Of a stretch of DNA of 64,000 nt, positions 63,653-64,000 are shown in pieces; position 1 is the stretch's first letter; each line of letters begins with the position of its first letter. Source of the DNA: Lepidodermella squamata. Taxonomy: Eukaryota; Animalia; Gastrotricha. Both the position numbers and the translations under genes were made by a program. The stretch covers positions 1,736,001 through 1,800,000 of the forward strand of contig JBLDXI010000046.1 in the NCBI GenBank assembly GCA_047495785.1, read 5' to 3'. A model generated the notes under the pieces. That model searched no databases. It was not told where the DNA came from and saw nothing but the letters and a program-made list of their open reading frames with translations.

Positions 63653-64000
63653 GATTTTCATAAGATTTAATATCCCACTATTTCCCTCCCTAGCCTTGTA
63701 GTCGAACCCATATCTTGAATCGAATTATATTTCAGGTTGCATTATTAGCAGCTTGATTTAGCAGCAGAATCCTACAATAAAACAAACAAAAATGTCACAG
63801 CAAGTTTACTCAGCCTTATTATCTTTGGGGTTAGGGTTAGTATGGTTAGTGCTACGGTCCTTCGGTTCAATGTATTGTAAATTTTCAAGCAAAACTTTCC
63901 ACCCCGTGACCAAATTGTCACGGAGGTTCGTGCTGGTCATTGAGGCGCAGGCTTGACGCCACGCGTTGACGAATTCTTCGCGCGGTTCGCCGAGGTTGAT

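Overview
Gene-dense window from a compact animal genome: short (~45-65 nt) GT-AG introns, abundant CpG, and a paramyosin of spiralian/lophotrochozoan type (possibly a small free-living worm; taxon not established). Genes reconstructed by hand from ORFs and splice sites: mei-P26/NHL-2 TRIM-NHL (+); a five-finger odd-skipped/Osr gene (-); a LicD-family nucleotidyltransferase with an apparent 1-nt frameshift (+); a tightly packed co-directional trio SPS/selD - RPS3A - TRAPPC2 (-); UBL3 (+); four tandem DUSP22-like phosphatases (+); RBM26/27 (-) divergent from LARP1 (+); NAA15/16 (-); paramyosin (+). Repeats include a decayed LINE RT, a candidate tRNA-derived SINE, telomere-like repeats and a ~175-bp tandem array. 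The top finding is an intronless ~889-aa secreted protein (60983-63652) built like a single-chain AB toxin: signal peptide, Cys-rich repeats, a Cys-flanked furin site, an R-S-E-type ADP-ribosyltransferase-like domain, a Sushi domain and Perforin-2/MPEG1 P2-like repeats. All family assignments come from recalled motifs; no database searches were run.
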